Source: Eledone cirrhosa (lineage: Eukaryota). Taken from it: DNA of 64,000 nt. Location of the stretch: positions 144,522,001-144,586,000 of the forward strand of contig OZ024743.1 in the NCBI GenBank assembly GCA_964016885.1. Direction: 5' to 3'. Position 1 is the stretch's first letter; each line of letters opens with the position of its first letter. Below are positions 1 through 13,559 of this stretch, piece by piece. Under the pieces are notes generated by a model that was not told the DNA's origin, ran no database searches, and was given only the letters and a program-made list of their open reading frames with translations. A program made the position numbers and the translations under genes.

Positions 1-312
1 AGGTATGTCATACATCAATTCATGTATTTTATCTGACGATGACGTACTGCAAAAACAGCACAGTACCTTCGAAATATATATAATAAAACATATTTTGATT
101 ATGTGAATGTCTTCATTTATTATTATTCTGAATAATATATATATATATATATAAGAGAGTGAGTCCTTGGTTCAACCGGGGGTACCCACAGTATGTAAGG
201 TACTCAATTCATTAGTAGAATGTAAACAACAAATATCACTGTATTTCAAGGCCAGTTGGTTTTCCTGATGATTTCCTTCGAATGAAACAGTTCTAGTCCT
301 GTAGAAGCCATT

Positions 313-403
<91 letters not shown>

Positions 404-470
404 AAATTAAGATGATGGATAAGGTTCTTAGATAATTTAATTTATTATATATAAACGTGTTATATGTTTT

Positions 471-1269
<799 letters not shown>

Positions 1270-1270
<1 letters not shown>

Positions 1271-2370
1271 ACTCACCGTGTGCTGAGGGTGCTGCTGTAC
1301 TCCACCTCCGAATGCAGGAATCGATGCCTCATCAGGCGGTAAAGTGTTTCGACCCTTTCCATTGCGTCAGCAGAGCTACCTAAGGCCACCTAGCGATGTA
1401 GGCGACGAAATTCCTGCACAACTTAACAGGAAACAGGCGAAATATCCTGTGAGATTCGCCGGCCTAGGTCTCCGATCCACTCTTGACTTGACACTATCGG
1501 CTGTTCTTTCCTTAATCTCCCCCAGCCGCAACCTCATCGACGAGTTCCTCTGCAAGGTGACAGAATCTGACGCGACCCGGGAACTGGAATCAGCTCTGGA
1601 TGATTGGACCGACGAAAGCCTTGTCGTCCCCCCCGTGTGCCATTGTCCAACGTAACTGGGATGATGTCAAATGCATGTCCACCTTCTGGCGGATTGAGTC
1701 TTCTTCGGACAAAAAAACCGTGTCGTTTGCCTACGCTTTGCCTCGCACTCAAACAGTAGAGCTTGTCTCCATTCGGGGGCCTTCCTCATCAACCAGTACC
1801 CTTGTCGATAATGAGTGCACCCGCATTGGAGTTGCACAACACCTCGACCTCCGTATGTGCGAGCCACATTGATGCTGTTGTGGAGCAGTGGTCGACGAGT
1901 TCGGTCTGCACTCATTATCTTACCGCCTTAGTGCAGGCCTGTTTCCCCGTCACGCTGTTCTGAACGATATCATCAGAAGGAGCATCGACACAAACAGTTC
2001 CTCTTCACAATTGGAGCCAGCTGGCCTCGACTATGGTGATGTCAAGCGCCGCTACGGATTAATCCTCTTCCCTTTCGAGGTGGACAAATCTCTAGTTTGG
2101 GACGGGACGTGCAGCTACACGTTCTCCATCACTAACCTTGTTGCTTCGGTCATAATCCTGGGCTCTGACCAACTGCTTCCTCTTTACATCGGTCTCCGTC
2201 GAAACCTCTGGCGTCCTTGGTCCCGCACTGCTGATCTCTTCCGTAAATTTGGAAAGATGGCGGCCTGCTTGAGGAGAGAGCCCCGTGAGGTGGGGAGGAT
2301 TTTGAAGCGGGTGTCTCTGGCCATTCTCCGCGGTAATACTTTTGCCGTTTTGTCCGCGGGGCGCGTATGA
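1270..2370 (+). mobile_element. Decayed CRE-like non-LTR retrotransposon 3' part (restriction-like endonuclease domain)
   Basis: PVRFAGLGLR; VDEFGLHSL..RHAVLNDIIRR; EPAGLD..KRRYG..LVWDGTC..; SLAILRGN. Frameshifted. Confidence 0.75.
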
Positions 2371-2848
2371 GGCACCGCTCAGATTGGATGTAATGACAGT
2401 CTTCCCCCTCTCCCTTTCTTTCGTTGGTTGATCACTTTTTTTTTTCTCTTTTTCGTTTTCTTTCTTTTTTCTTCCCTTTCTGTTCCCTTTAATAGTATGT
2501 TCTGTTTTTATTAGATACACCCCACCCTGTCTTTATAAAAGCACAATGTTAGATGAGTCTGACGTTGCGACTCTGACCGAAACGCCTTTATCTTGCTCAA
2601 TGTGTCAGATCACCATTCATCTACTTTTTTAACTCAATATAGTGACATGCATTCTCAGCTGCCTTCGACAATGTCCTCAAAAGCTGTTTTCTTTCTTTTG
2701 CCACCAGTCCAAGGCCCCTGAGCGGCAAGCCAACCCTGGTTCCGACAAATCCTCTGATACCTTTCTCTGTACGGAAACATGATGCCTCCCATCCGCTGAT
2801 TTTAAAGATTTCAACCAGCTTACTCTATTTCCTGTCGAATGTGATGTG

Positions 2849-2922
<74 letters not shown>

Positions 2923-3630
2923 TTTATTTTATCTTTAAGGGCGGCCAGCGCGTGGGCCCCCATTTGCTCATAATAGTGAGATGGGGAGAGCGGGAGAGAT
3001 AGAGGTAGTGGCAATGGGAGTTTGGTTCCTTTGTGTTCGGAACCGGTGTATATATTTATTTATCACACCACACATGTAAATGGCTGGCATAAGATTTAAC
3101 AAGTCAGAAGTTTACTTTATATTACATTTATTTAGCTTAATCCTTATATTTTTTATCTGAATATTTATCAAATTTCTGATTTCACCATTATACCTTTATT
3201 GTCATGGTTTTAATTTTACTTTATTTTAATTTTCTTTTCTTTAGATTATTTCATTTTAAAAATTATCTTATATCATTTTATTAGGATTTTTAGTTTTATT
3301 ACATTTTTATTTAAATATGAGAAGCCATTATTGTTATTTTTCATTAATTTTCTGGTATTTTTCAGTAATTGAGGCAGTAGTTATTGCTACTATTGTTGTA
3401 ACTATTATTGTAGTTATTCTAGATATAGGAGAAATGGTAGTAGCAGTATCTGTTCTGATAACCACAATCCCCACGGAGAATAAAAAATACTAGCAGTATT
3501 GTCTCGTTCGTAGCTATTAATGACATCAATGTGGTTGCAGTGATAGTGGTAGTGTGTGGTGTTGCTATTGATCTTAATGTTGTTGGTGATGCCCCAACAA
3601 ATGGTGAATTGACTTGACGCTATTAATGTC

Positions 3631-3817
3631 AGTGGATTGGCAGTATCGGTAGAGGGTCGGACGTCATGTTTTGCAGCAAAGAGTTACGGCCTTTTCCATT
3701 CTGAGTTCAAATCCCGTCGAGGTTAACTTTACCTTTCATCCTTACGCGGTCGATAAAATAAAGTACCAGTCATACACTGGGATAATTACTGGCCTTGTGC
3801 CAAACGTAGAAACAATT
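3631..3817 (+). mobile_element. tRNA-derived octopus-type SINE
   Basis: TGGCAGTATCGG A-box-like, GAGTTCAAATCC B-box, CCTTTCATCCTT..GGTCGATAAAATAAAGTACC core. Confidence 0.85.
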
Positions 3818-4548
3818 AATGTCACTCTACAAGTTACTGCGATTGTGGTGGCTATTATTGTTGTTGATAATGCCACTGCTCTTGTTCCCCACCAAGGACG
3901 GGCCACCTGTAAAGAGGATACCGGCTATATATGTATCGGTACCACGTCGGGAACCCGAGATACAGAAATGCTGAGATTTAAATCGACACGTCTGATAAGC
4001 AGATCGATATCGAAGACTAGTCGATCACATCGATAAAGATATCGAGCCAAGCATCAGTGAAAACATAATATTCGATATGAAATAAAAGCATATTTATATA
4101 TATGTGTGTGTGTATGTGTGTGTGTACGAGTGTGTGTATGTGTGTGTGTGCGTGTGTCTGTGTGTATATATATATAGTGTACATATGTGTTTATGTAAAA
4201 CTAAATTTTCACCCATTATTTTTGTTTGTCTTTATTCTATCTCATTACTTTTTTCATAGCTAATTTTTTATTATTTTTTATTATTCTATTATTTATTATC
4301 TTTTATTACTTATCTCCCACTCTTTCTGTCCTTCCAAATTATATCTTTTCTATCTCTCATCTCAGTCCAGTTGCCTTTTATTAAGAGCGGGTAGCAGTAA
4401 AAATATTTTTATTGCAGTATGCGACAAACTTACCTCGTACTGTGAAAACCTTTTGAAATCTTTCTGAAGAAATGCCATATGTAATGTATTGCTAGTAAAT
4501 GGGTATAATAATAATATCATTATGCAACCTGCATTATGTAGACTTATT

Positions 4549-4731
4549 GGCGGTGGATTGGCAGTATCGTTAGAGGGTCGGACGCCATGCTTTCCAGCAT
4601 AGTTACGTCCCTTTACGATCTGAGTTCAAATCCCGCCGAGGTTGACTTTGCCTTTCATCCTTACGGGGTCGATAAAATAAAGTACTAGTAATGCATTGGG
4701 TATTGCTGGCCTTGTGACTAAAGTAGAAACA
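4549..4731 (+). mobile_element. tRNA-derived SINE with 15-bp TSD
   Basis: Same family; ATTATGTAGACTTAT at 4533-4547 and 4732-4746. Confidence 0.9.
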
Positions 4732-4976
4732 ATTATGTAGACTTATATTGTATTGAAACATATGTTAAAGAACGAACTTTATATATATACTAGCTAAGCT
4801 ACCCGTCCTTTGGACGGTTCAAGTAGCTTTCGATGTAGCTAATTAAACTAAACAAAGTAAATTTGAATACATAGAAGAAAAACGTACTTTATGTAGACAT
4901 GAAAACCTTAGGCACTATTCCAGTGAAATAATTTTAAATAAATTTTTTATTTTTGTTTATTTTTACTATATATACA

Positions 4977-5057
<81 letters not shown>

Positions 5058-5593
5058 AAAGAATAGAGGTGTAACACACAAGTTATTATATATTGGTAAA
5101 CGGAATAGAAAATGCTGACAAATTGTTCACAGTTGAAAAATAGTTTAATTAGGAATAAAAGAGTATTAGTGATTGTATGGGTTAGTATTCAGTTGTGGTT
5201 TTAAGTTTTTAAGTTTTTACCGGTTGCGCATTTCTAAATGCTTTTCAAAAATAATTTTGAGATAGAGTGTCCGTGTTGTTTGGTCAGATCTGAATAGTTT
5301 TGGGAATTCTACCTGTTTTTATGTTAAAAAAGTGGCTCCAGCGCTACTTGGTGTTTGCAAAAATTCTATATATATATATATTTGAGGGCGACCAGCTAAA
5401 GTGGAAGATGGTAGATGGTCGGTCGTCCTCGGGTCTATGATTTTCAGCCCCATGGATTTTATCTGTTACATTCATTTATTATATTTCGAATACCTGATGA
5501 TATCACCGGATTCATACGGAACCCGGTCTTTGAAATGATCAGAGTATAATAAACCTTTCAAGGATTTACACAAGTCCAGCCTCCTGTTATTTT

Positions 5594-6090
<497 letters not shown>

Positions 6091-6469
6091 ATATATATAC
6101 ATATTCATATGTACGTATGGGTTATATCGAACATTAATAATAATGTTCGATTCGTTGGTAAACAAACGTCCCGATATGAAGCTGTACCGTGCCGGTGACC
6201 GATCATCACCTATTTGTTCAACACTGGCTTTGAAGAACAATCAACATCTTCTGGGTAGGGTATGCAAATGAGGCTACTCAGGCGATGTGTACTTAAGAAA
6301 ATACTATATATTTTCAACAGTTCAACAGACAGGCACAATTATACAGTCCTGATGAAGGGTAATGACCCAGAAACATGAATCGAAAATTATTATTAATGTT
6401 CGATATAATCCATATGTACATATGTATATGTATATGTATGTGTATATATATACATAAATATATACACAG

Positions 6470-6516
<47 letters not shown>

Positions 6517-6721
6517 GGTTCACCCGGGTGAGCATTCGATGTTTAGGTTCACTTCAGTGTCGAGGTGTAGAGCTAGACAAAGTGTATTATAGTGAAATAA
6601 AATAACAAGGATTATTGGTTACTCCTTCATGACATTGATTGTTTGGTGACGCGCGTTTCGCCACTGATCAGCTCAAGGTTCGATCTGTATCGATTTGACC
6701 ATACAGATATATTGTAATACC

Positions 6722-6819
<98 letters not shown>

Positions 6820-6821
6820 CA

Positions 6822-7161
6822 ATTCAGTATATTAATAAATGGAAACTGTATTTATAAAGCCATAATTATTTTATTATATATATTTCAAGGGCAACCAAGG
6901 TAATATTGGTGCGCTTTCATCAGATAAAATACAAAATATGTTTTATAAATGTTGACATACCCGTAGAAAAACAACCATGACGGTTGACCGAACCTTCAAC
7001 TCTCAAGGTTGTTTTTCTACGGGTATGTCAACATGTATGAAACATATTTTGTATTTTATCTGATGAAAGCGCACCTATATTACCTTGGTTGCCATTGAAA
7101 TATATATAATAAAATAATTATGGTTTTATAAATATAGTTTCCATTTATTAATATATTGAAT
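6822..7161. repeat. Long inverted repeat (~155-bp arms, 30-bp spacer) with a hammerhead-like motif in each arm
   Basis: 6822-6976 is the near reverse complement of 7007-7161. The right arm has TATTTTAT-CTGATGA..GAAA-TATATA-TA-ATAAAATA. Confidence 0.9.
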
Positions 7162-7415
7162 ATTTATTCCAGTAAACTGTTGAGTGCTTTATATCAGTTA
7201 TAAAACTTTTAAGCTTGTTGAATCCCAACAAATTAAATATAATTTCTGCATATATATATATATATATATATATAGTAATAATAATAAATGTAAAGACTAA
7301 AATCCAAAGAGGTCTCGATAAAGATAAATATATATCAAATATATAAGAACCCTAGAGCAAATATTTATTAAAATAACAGATTAAAGTTTAAGTATATATT
7401 TATATATACAGTTAA

Positions 7416-7490
<75 letters not shown>

Positions 7491-7589
7491 TATATATATA
7501 TATATATGTATAGTGTTAACGAACGGCTTCATACACACACACACACACACATATATACTATCTTAATGATCTCTTGCTTTATATTCCAG

Positions 7590-8156
7590 CGAAATGTCAA
7601 ACAAATCATGCTGACATCATGTTTGTTTTGGATGAATCCGGCAGTGTTCGCAGTCAAAACTTTGATATAATGAAGACATTTACAAAAAATATCATTAAAT
7701 CCTTCCCTGTTGGATCCAATGCTGTGCGGATAGGTGTAATTACTTATAGTACTTATGTTCAAAACGAGTTTAACTTGAATACATATTTTACTAAAGAGCA
7801 AATATACAAGGCAATTGACAAAATCCAGTATTCTCGTGGGTCAACTTACACAGAAAAAGCATTGAATCATTTAAGAAAAACTTCATTCACCGAAAAATAT
7901 GGAGATAGGAAAAATGTACAAAATATTGCCATTATAATGACTGATGGAAGGTCAGCGAATAAAGGAGCTACAAAAGTTGCTGCTGAAAGTCTAAAGGCAA
8001 CTGGTGCTATGGTATTTGCTATCGGAATAAAGAACTATGATAAACAAGAAATTGGAAATATTGCAAGCAAACCAAGTTCAGAATTTACCTTTCCAGTTCA
8101 AAATTTCCAATCCTTGAACAATATTGTAAACAAACTCGTTTCAAAAACTTGTCAAT
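7590..8156 (+). CDS. Exon: von Willebrand factor A domain 1 (MIDAS intact)
   Basis: ttccAG|CG AAA TGT ... ACT TGT CAA T|GTGAGT, 567 bp. ADIMFVLDESGS (DxSxS), GSTYT and IIMTDGRS motifs, with flanking Cys. Confidence 0.95.
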
Positions 8157-8642
8157 GTGAGTATTTTTTGTTACTTCATTTTATTTTTTATTTCCACTTA
8201 AATTGGAAATGTTTTGTTTTAGTTTCAATATTTTTGGAAAATACATTATTTTAACGGTTTTCATCATTTACTGTGATTTCAATATTTTTATTTATAAAAA
8301 ATATGTTTCTCTTTCACTAATCTCAGGATGAGACACTTTTGTAGTATTTATCGGTTATCCGTAGAATACTGTAAATGTCAGAATATATTCGTTAAAAAAT
8401 GCGACTCTTTGAATGAAGATAAATATTGAAGGATGCTGTTGGGGATTGAAGGGATAGTTATTTATTATAAAGCAATAAGTGGTGAAATATTAGCTAATGG
8501 AAAATATTAGTTGTAATATTCTGTTAAAAAAATGAAATAACCGAAAGGCGAACTTCCATTCTAAAAAGCAAATATCTAAAATGGCTGCGATCTACTAGAG
8601 AGAAATGTATCTCATTTTCATTATTAGACTACTTCTAACTAG

Positions 8643-8830
8643 GGCGGTGGATTGGCAGTATCGGTGGAGAGTCGGACGCCATGCTTTCCAGCATAGTTAC
8701 GTCCCTTTACAGTCTGAGTTCAAATCCCGTCGAGGTTAACTTTGCCTTTCATCCTTACGGGGTCGATAAAATAAAGTACCTACCAGTAATGTACTGGGTA
8801 ATTGCTGGTCTTGTGCCTAAAGTAGAAACA
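8643..8830 (+). mobile_element. tRNA-derived SINE with 17-bp TSD
   Basis: ATTATTAGACTACTTCT at 8620-8636 and 8831-8847. Confidence 0.9.
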
Positions 8831-9270
8831 ATTATTAGACTACTTCTCTATTCCTATATACAGTTTATGTCTGCTCTCTTGAGAAATGACAAGTTCATCT
8901 CATCAATTGATAAAACTAATATCTAACGAAACACTTAAATGAAAACAAATGAATAACCATCCCAATATCTATGTTAGTTGCGATATTGCCTTCGGGGATT
9001 GAAGTAGATTGCATGTAATATTAAAGAATGTTGTCGTGATCAACATGCTGAAGTGATGATTATATTGCAAAGTAAGAAGCTACACCTAGATTTCTTAAGC
9101 CTATGTCCTCGTGTAAATTAATGGCTCTGGTTATGAAAATATGTTGAAAGGACATTATATTGAGTTATCTGTGATTATTAATGTTTAGATCAATATTACA
9201 TTTCATATCATGTTAAATATGTGTTTAAAAGTATAAGAAATATACTGTTTATGATGTTTTCTTCTTTTAG

Positions 9271-9381
9271 ATGTTCCTTGCAGCAGCAATCCATGTAAGA
9301 ATGGTGCCAAGTGTACAAACAAAGGAACCAAATTCGAGTGTCAATGTCAACCAGGATACAGAGGAAATGACTGTTCTATAG
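9271..9381 (+). CDS. Exon: EGF-like domain (type A, RGN)
   Basis: cttttAG|AT GTT ... ATA G|GTGAGT; (Y)[36 protein letters not shown], six-Cys EGF spacing. Confidence 0.93.
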   Translation: MFLAAAIHVRMVPSVQTKEPNSSVNVNQDTEEMTVL

Positions 9382-9789
9382 GTGAGTAATGTATATATGT
9401 ATCATAGACCTACCTTCCCTATGAGCATAGACTGAAGCATACATCTAGTATGCACCACCTTTATCCTCATCCCCCTTCCATACTCTTCCCACATCTTAAC
9501 ACCCTACCAATGTCCTAAACCTGATTTGAATATGGCAAAGCCGGCCATTGATCCTCGTATACAGGAAACTGACTGGCCAGTCTACTGATATGCAAATCAG
9601 GCTGATCAGTGAATCTACTAACATACAGATCTGACTGATCAACCAGTCTGCTAATATGCACATCAGGCCGATGAGTCACTGTATATTTTAGAAAATAGCA
9701 TATATTTTCACTAGCTCTGACAGTTGGCAGGTGAACAGTGAACTGTTCTTATGAAGGGTGATACCCAGAAACATAAGTGTATGCAGGAG

Positions 9790-10205
9790 GGGTAAAGACG
9801 GCCCTTGTGGTAGGTTCTGCAGGAGTCTGGGATTGATGGTCATCTCCTTACCGCCCTGATGTCTCTATACAAATGCCCAAGTATTTGTGTTCGAATAAAT
9901 GGTGCTAAATCGAAACCATTCAATATGGGAATCGGTCTTCGCCAAAGGTGTGTATTGTCATCTCTCCTGTTCATTATTTTCATGAATAGGATTGACATGT
10001 GCAGCTGGGTTGGAAGTGGTATCATGACTGGCGGGTGTAATATCAGCCCGCTAGAATTTGCAGACGACATGGTGTTACTTAACTCGACAGAAGATAATCC
10101 CTGATTTGCACTCGATAGGTTTGGTGCCGAGTGTTGCATAGCTGGAATGAAAACCATGTAAATGGAGCTCGAATGAAGCAGGTAGAGCAGATCAAGTATC
10201 TCGAG
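9790..10205 (+). mobile_element. LINE reverse transcriptase fragment
   Basis: GLRQRCVLSSLLFIIFM and LEFADDMVL motifs, with stops. Confidence 0.8.
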
Positions 10206-10455
10206 GCCTTCTAATAGGTACTTGCACATTCCGCAATGAGGTCGGTTGCATCTTTTCACACGAAGTTCTGTAATTATGTAAACGACAGCCGAAATCATTA
10301 AAGAAAATTACTGACAAATCACAATTACAGAACCTCATGTGAAAGGGTGCAACAAACTTCATTGCGGAAAACTGCTGAAGCTGGCGTTTTGTGTATGATA
10401 AACCTGTTTTAAAAGGTGGTCATCGAGCGCGTCTATCTGAAAGGGAAAAATAAGC

Positions 10456-10569
10456 GTTTCTACTTTTGGCACAAGGCCAGCAATTACCCAATGCATTACT
10501 GGTACTTTATTCTATCGACCGCGGAAGGATGAAAGGCAAAGTTAACCTCGGCGGGATTTGAACTCAGAT
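10456..10569 (-). mobile_element. 5'-truncated SINE copy
   Basis: Reverse complement of the SINE core and tail; flanked by a TGAAAGGGAAAAATAA direct repeat. Confidence 0.85.
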
Positions 10570-10643
10570 CTGAACTGAAAGGGAAAAATAACGTTTTGTA
10601 TATACAGCTCTACGTGTGCGCATGCGTATACATGTGTGTGTGC

Positions 10644-10710
<67 letters not shown>

Positions 10711-10899
10711 GATTCATCCGCCCTAGCTAAGAGCATGTGTGTGTACATATAGGTATAAGTACCAATGTGTGTACATAAAGGTATATATAGGTGCGTGTGT
10801 ATTTGTTAGATTTCTAACAGAAATCTGAAGGTAAATGTAGAGGTGTGTGTTCTGTTGGTTTGTATAAGCTGTAAGACTGTGTGTTTTTTACCATAACAG

Positions 10900-11240
10900 A
10901 GCCAAAGGAACCTAGGGGGTGTGGCAACAGAGGAAGTAATGATAACGGTTGTTAGGGGTAGAGAAGTAAGCTCAGGGGTCGGACCAGTGTACTGGGAGAA
11001 GATCATGACTATAACGTAGCCAACGAAAAGGTTGGCGTAGTTAGGGCCCATTCGTGTACCCATGGAAACCCCAGAGACATGTTGGTAAAACTCTCCGGAA
11101 AAGATAAAACTATTAAGAGTGAGAACGAGCTCCACAATGTGGAGAAGAGTAGAAGTAGTAGGGTAGGGTGTACGGCGTATGTCTAAAAATTAGCGGAGGC
11201 CGTCATCGTGAGGGATGACGGAGCAGAGACAGTTTATATG
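10900..11240 (-). mobile_element. Penelope-like reverse transcriptase fragment
   Basis: LTLNSFIFSGEFYQHVSGVSMGTRMGPNYANLFVGY matches the PLE RT G..MG...P..AN motif. Confidence 0.85.
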
Positions 11241-11329
11241 CATATATGGGTGTGTCTGTTAGAGTGTGTGTGTAAATTTATGTTCATAATGTTTCGTAAC
11301 TTACTAGATTTCATTACTTTATATTCCAG

Positions 11330-11896
11330 CGAAATGTCAAACAAATCATGCTGACATCATGTTTGTTTTGGATGAATCCGGCAGTGTTCGCAGTCATAAC
11401 TTTGATATAATGAAGACATTTACAAAAAATATCATTAAATCCTTCCCTGTTGGATCCAATGCTGTGCGGATAGGTGTAATTACTTATAGTACTTATGTTC
11501 AAAACGAGTTTAACTTGAATACATATTTTACTAAAGAGCAAATATACAAGGCAATTGACAAAATCCAGTATTCTCGTGGGTCAACTTACACAGAAAAAGC
11601 ATTGAATCATTTAAGAAAAACTTCATTCACCGAAAAATATGGAGATAGGAAAAATGTACAAAATATTGCCATTATAATGACTGATGGAAGGTCAGCGAAT
11701 AAAGGAGCTACAAAAGTTGCTGCTGAAAGTCTAAAGGCAACTGGTGCTATGGTATTTGCTATCGGAATAAAGAACTATGATAAACAAGAAATTGGAAATA
11801 TTGCAAGCAAACCAAGTTCAGAATTTACCTTTCCAGTTCAAAATTTCCAATCCTTGAATAATATTGTAAACAAACTCGTTTCAAAAACTTGTCAAT
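11330..11896 (+). CDS. Exon: VWA domain 2 (near-identical copy of VWA 1)
   Basis: Same splice sites as 7590-8156 at offset 3740. Differences noticed: Q>H (CAA>CAT) and one synonymous change. Confidence 0.95.
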
Positions 11897-12382
11897 GTGA
11901 GTATTTTTTGTTACTTCATTTTATTTTTTATTTCCACTTAAATTGGAAATGTTTTATTTTAGTTTCAATATTTTTGGAAAATACATTATTTTAACGGTTT
12001 TCATCATTTACTGTGATTTCAATATTTTTATTTATAAAAAATATGTTTCTCTTTCACTAATCTCAGGCTGAGACACTTTTGTAGTATTTATCGGTTATCC
12101 GTAGAATACTGTAAATGTCAGAATATATTCGTTAAAAAATGCGACTCTTTGAATAAAGATAAATATTGAAGGATGCTGTTGGGGATTGAAGGGATAGTTA
12201 TTTATTTTAAAGCAATAAGTGGTGAAATATTAGCTAATGGAAAATATTAGTTGTAATATTCTGTTAAAAAAATGAAATAACCGAAAGGCGAACTTCCATT
12301 CTAAAAAGCAAATATCTAAAATGGCTGCGATCTACTAGAGAGAAATGTATCTCATTTTCATTATTAGACTACTTCTAACTAG

Positions 12383-12570
12383 GGCGGTGGATTGGCAGTA
12401 TCGGTGGAGAGTCGGACGCCATGCTTTCCAGCGTAGTTACGTCCATTTACAGTCTGAGTTCAAATCCCGTCGAGGTTAACTTTGCCTTTCATCCTTACGG
12501 GGTCGATAAAATAAAGTACCTACCAGTAATGTACTGGGTAATTGCTGGTCTTGTGCCTAAAGTAGAAACA
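12383..12570 (+). mobile_element. SINE copy carried in the duplicated block
   Basis: Same position and TSD as the 8643 copy. Confidence 0.9.
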
Positions 12571-13010
12571 ATTATTAGACTACTTCTCTATTCCTATATA
12601 CAGTTTATGTCTGCTCTCTTGAGAAATGACAAGTTCATCTCATCAATTGATAAAACTAATATCTAACGAAACACTTAAATGAAAACAAATGAATAACCAC
12701 CCCAATATCTATGTTAGTTGCGATATTGTCTTCGGGGATTGAAGTAGATTGCATGTAATATTAAAGAATGTTGTCGTGATCAACATGCTGAAGTGATGAT
12801 TATATTGCAAAGTAAGAAGCTACACCTAGATTTCTTAAGCCTATGTCCTCGTGTAAATTAATAGCTCTGGTTATGAAAATATGTTGAAAGGACATTATAT
12901 TGAGTTATCTGTGATTATTAATGTTTAGATCAATATTACTTTTCATATCATGTTAAATATGTGTTTAAAAGTATAAGAAATATACTGTTTATGATGTTTT
13001 CTTCTTTTAG

Positions 13011-13121
13011 ATGTTCCTTGCAGCAGCAATCCATGTAAGAATGGTGCCAAGTGTACAAACAAAGGAACCAAATTCGAGTGTCAATGTCAACCAGGATACA
13101 GAGGAAATGACTGTTCTATAG
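13011..13121 (+). CDS. Exon: EGF-like domain (type A copy 2, RGN)
   Basis: Identical to 9271-9381 including splice sites. Confidence 0.93.
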   Translation: MFLAAAIHVRMVPSVQTKEPNSSVNVNQDTEEMTVL

Positions 13122-13559
13122 GTGAGTAATGTATATATGTATCATAGACCTACCTTCCCTATGAGCATAGACTGAAGCATACATTTAGTATGCACCACCT
13201 TTATCCTAATCCCCCTTCCATACTCCTCCCACATCTTAACACCCTACCAATGTCCTAAACCTGATTTGAATATGGCAAAGCCGGCCATTGATCGTTCGTA
13301 TACAGGAAACTGACTGGCCAGTCTACTGATATGCAAATCAGGCTGATCAGTGAATCTACTAACATGCAGATCTGACTGATCAACCAGTCTGCTAATATGC
13401 ACATCAGGCCGATGAGTCACTGTATATTTTAGAAAATATCATATATTTTCACTAGCTCTGACAGTTGGCATGTAAACAGTGAACTCTTCTTATGAAGGGT
13501 GATACCCAGAAATATGAGTATATGCAGTGGGCGGAGGGGGGGGGGGGGGGTAGATAGGG

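Larger units (their letters stand above)
7577..13527 (+). repeat. Recent duplication of the VWA+intron+EGF block (~7577-9786 and ~11317-13527)
   Basis: About 2.2 kb nearly identical at offset 3740, including the intron and its SINE. Confidence 0.95.

Noticed and set aside
4549-4640. tRNA gene
   Set aside because: The A/B boxes belong to a multi-copy SINE with TSDs; no complete cloverleaf.
7574-8254. VWA ORFs as stand-alone single-exon genes with a hydrophobic tail
   Set aside because: The tail after KTCQ is read-through past a GTGAGT donor, and the start lies upstream of an acceptor AG.
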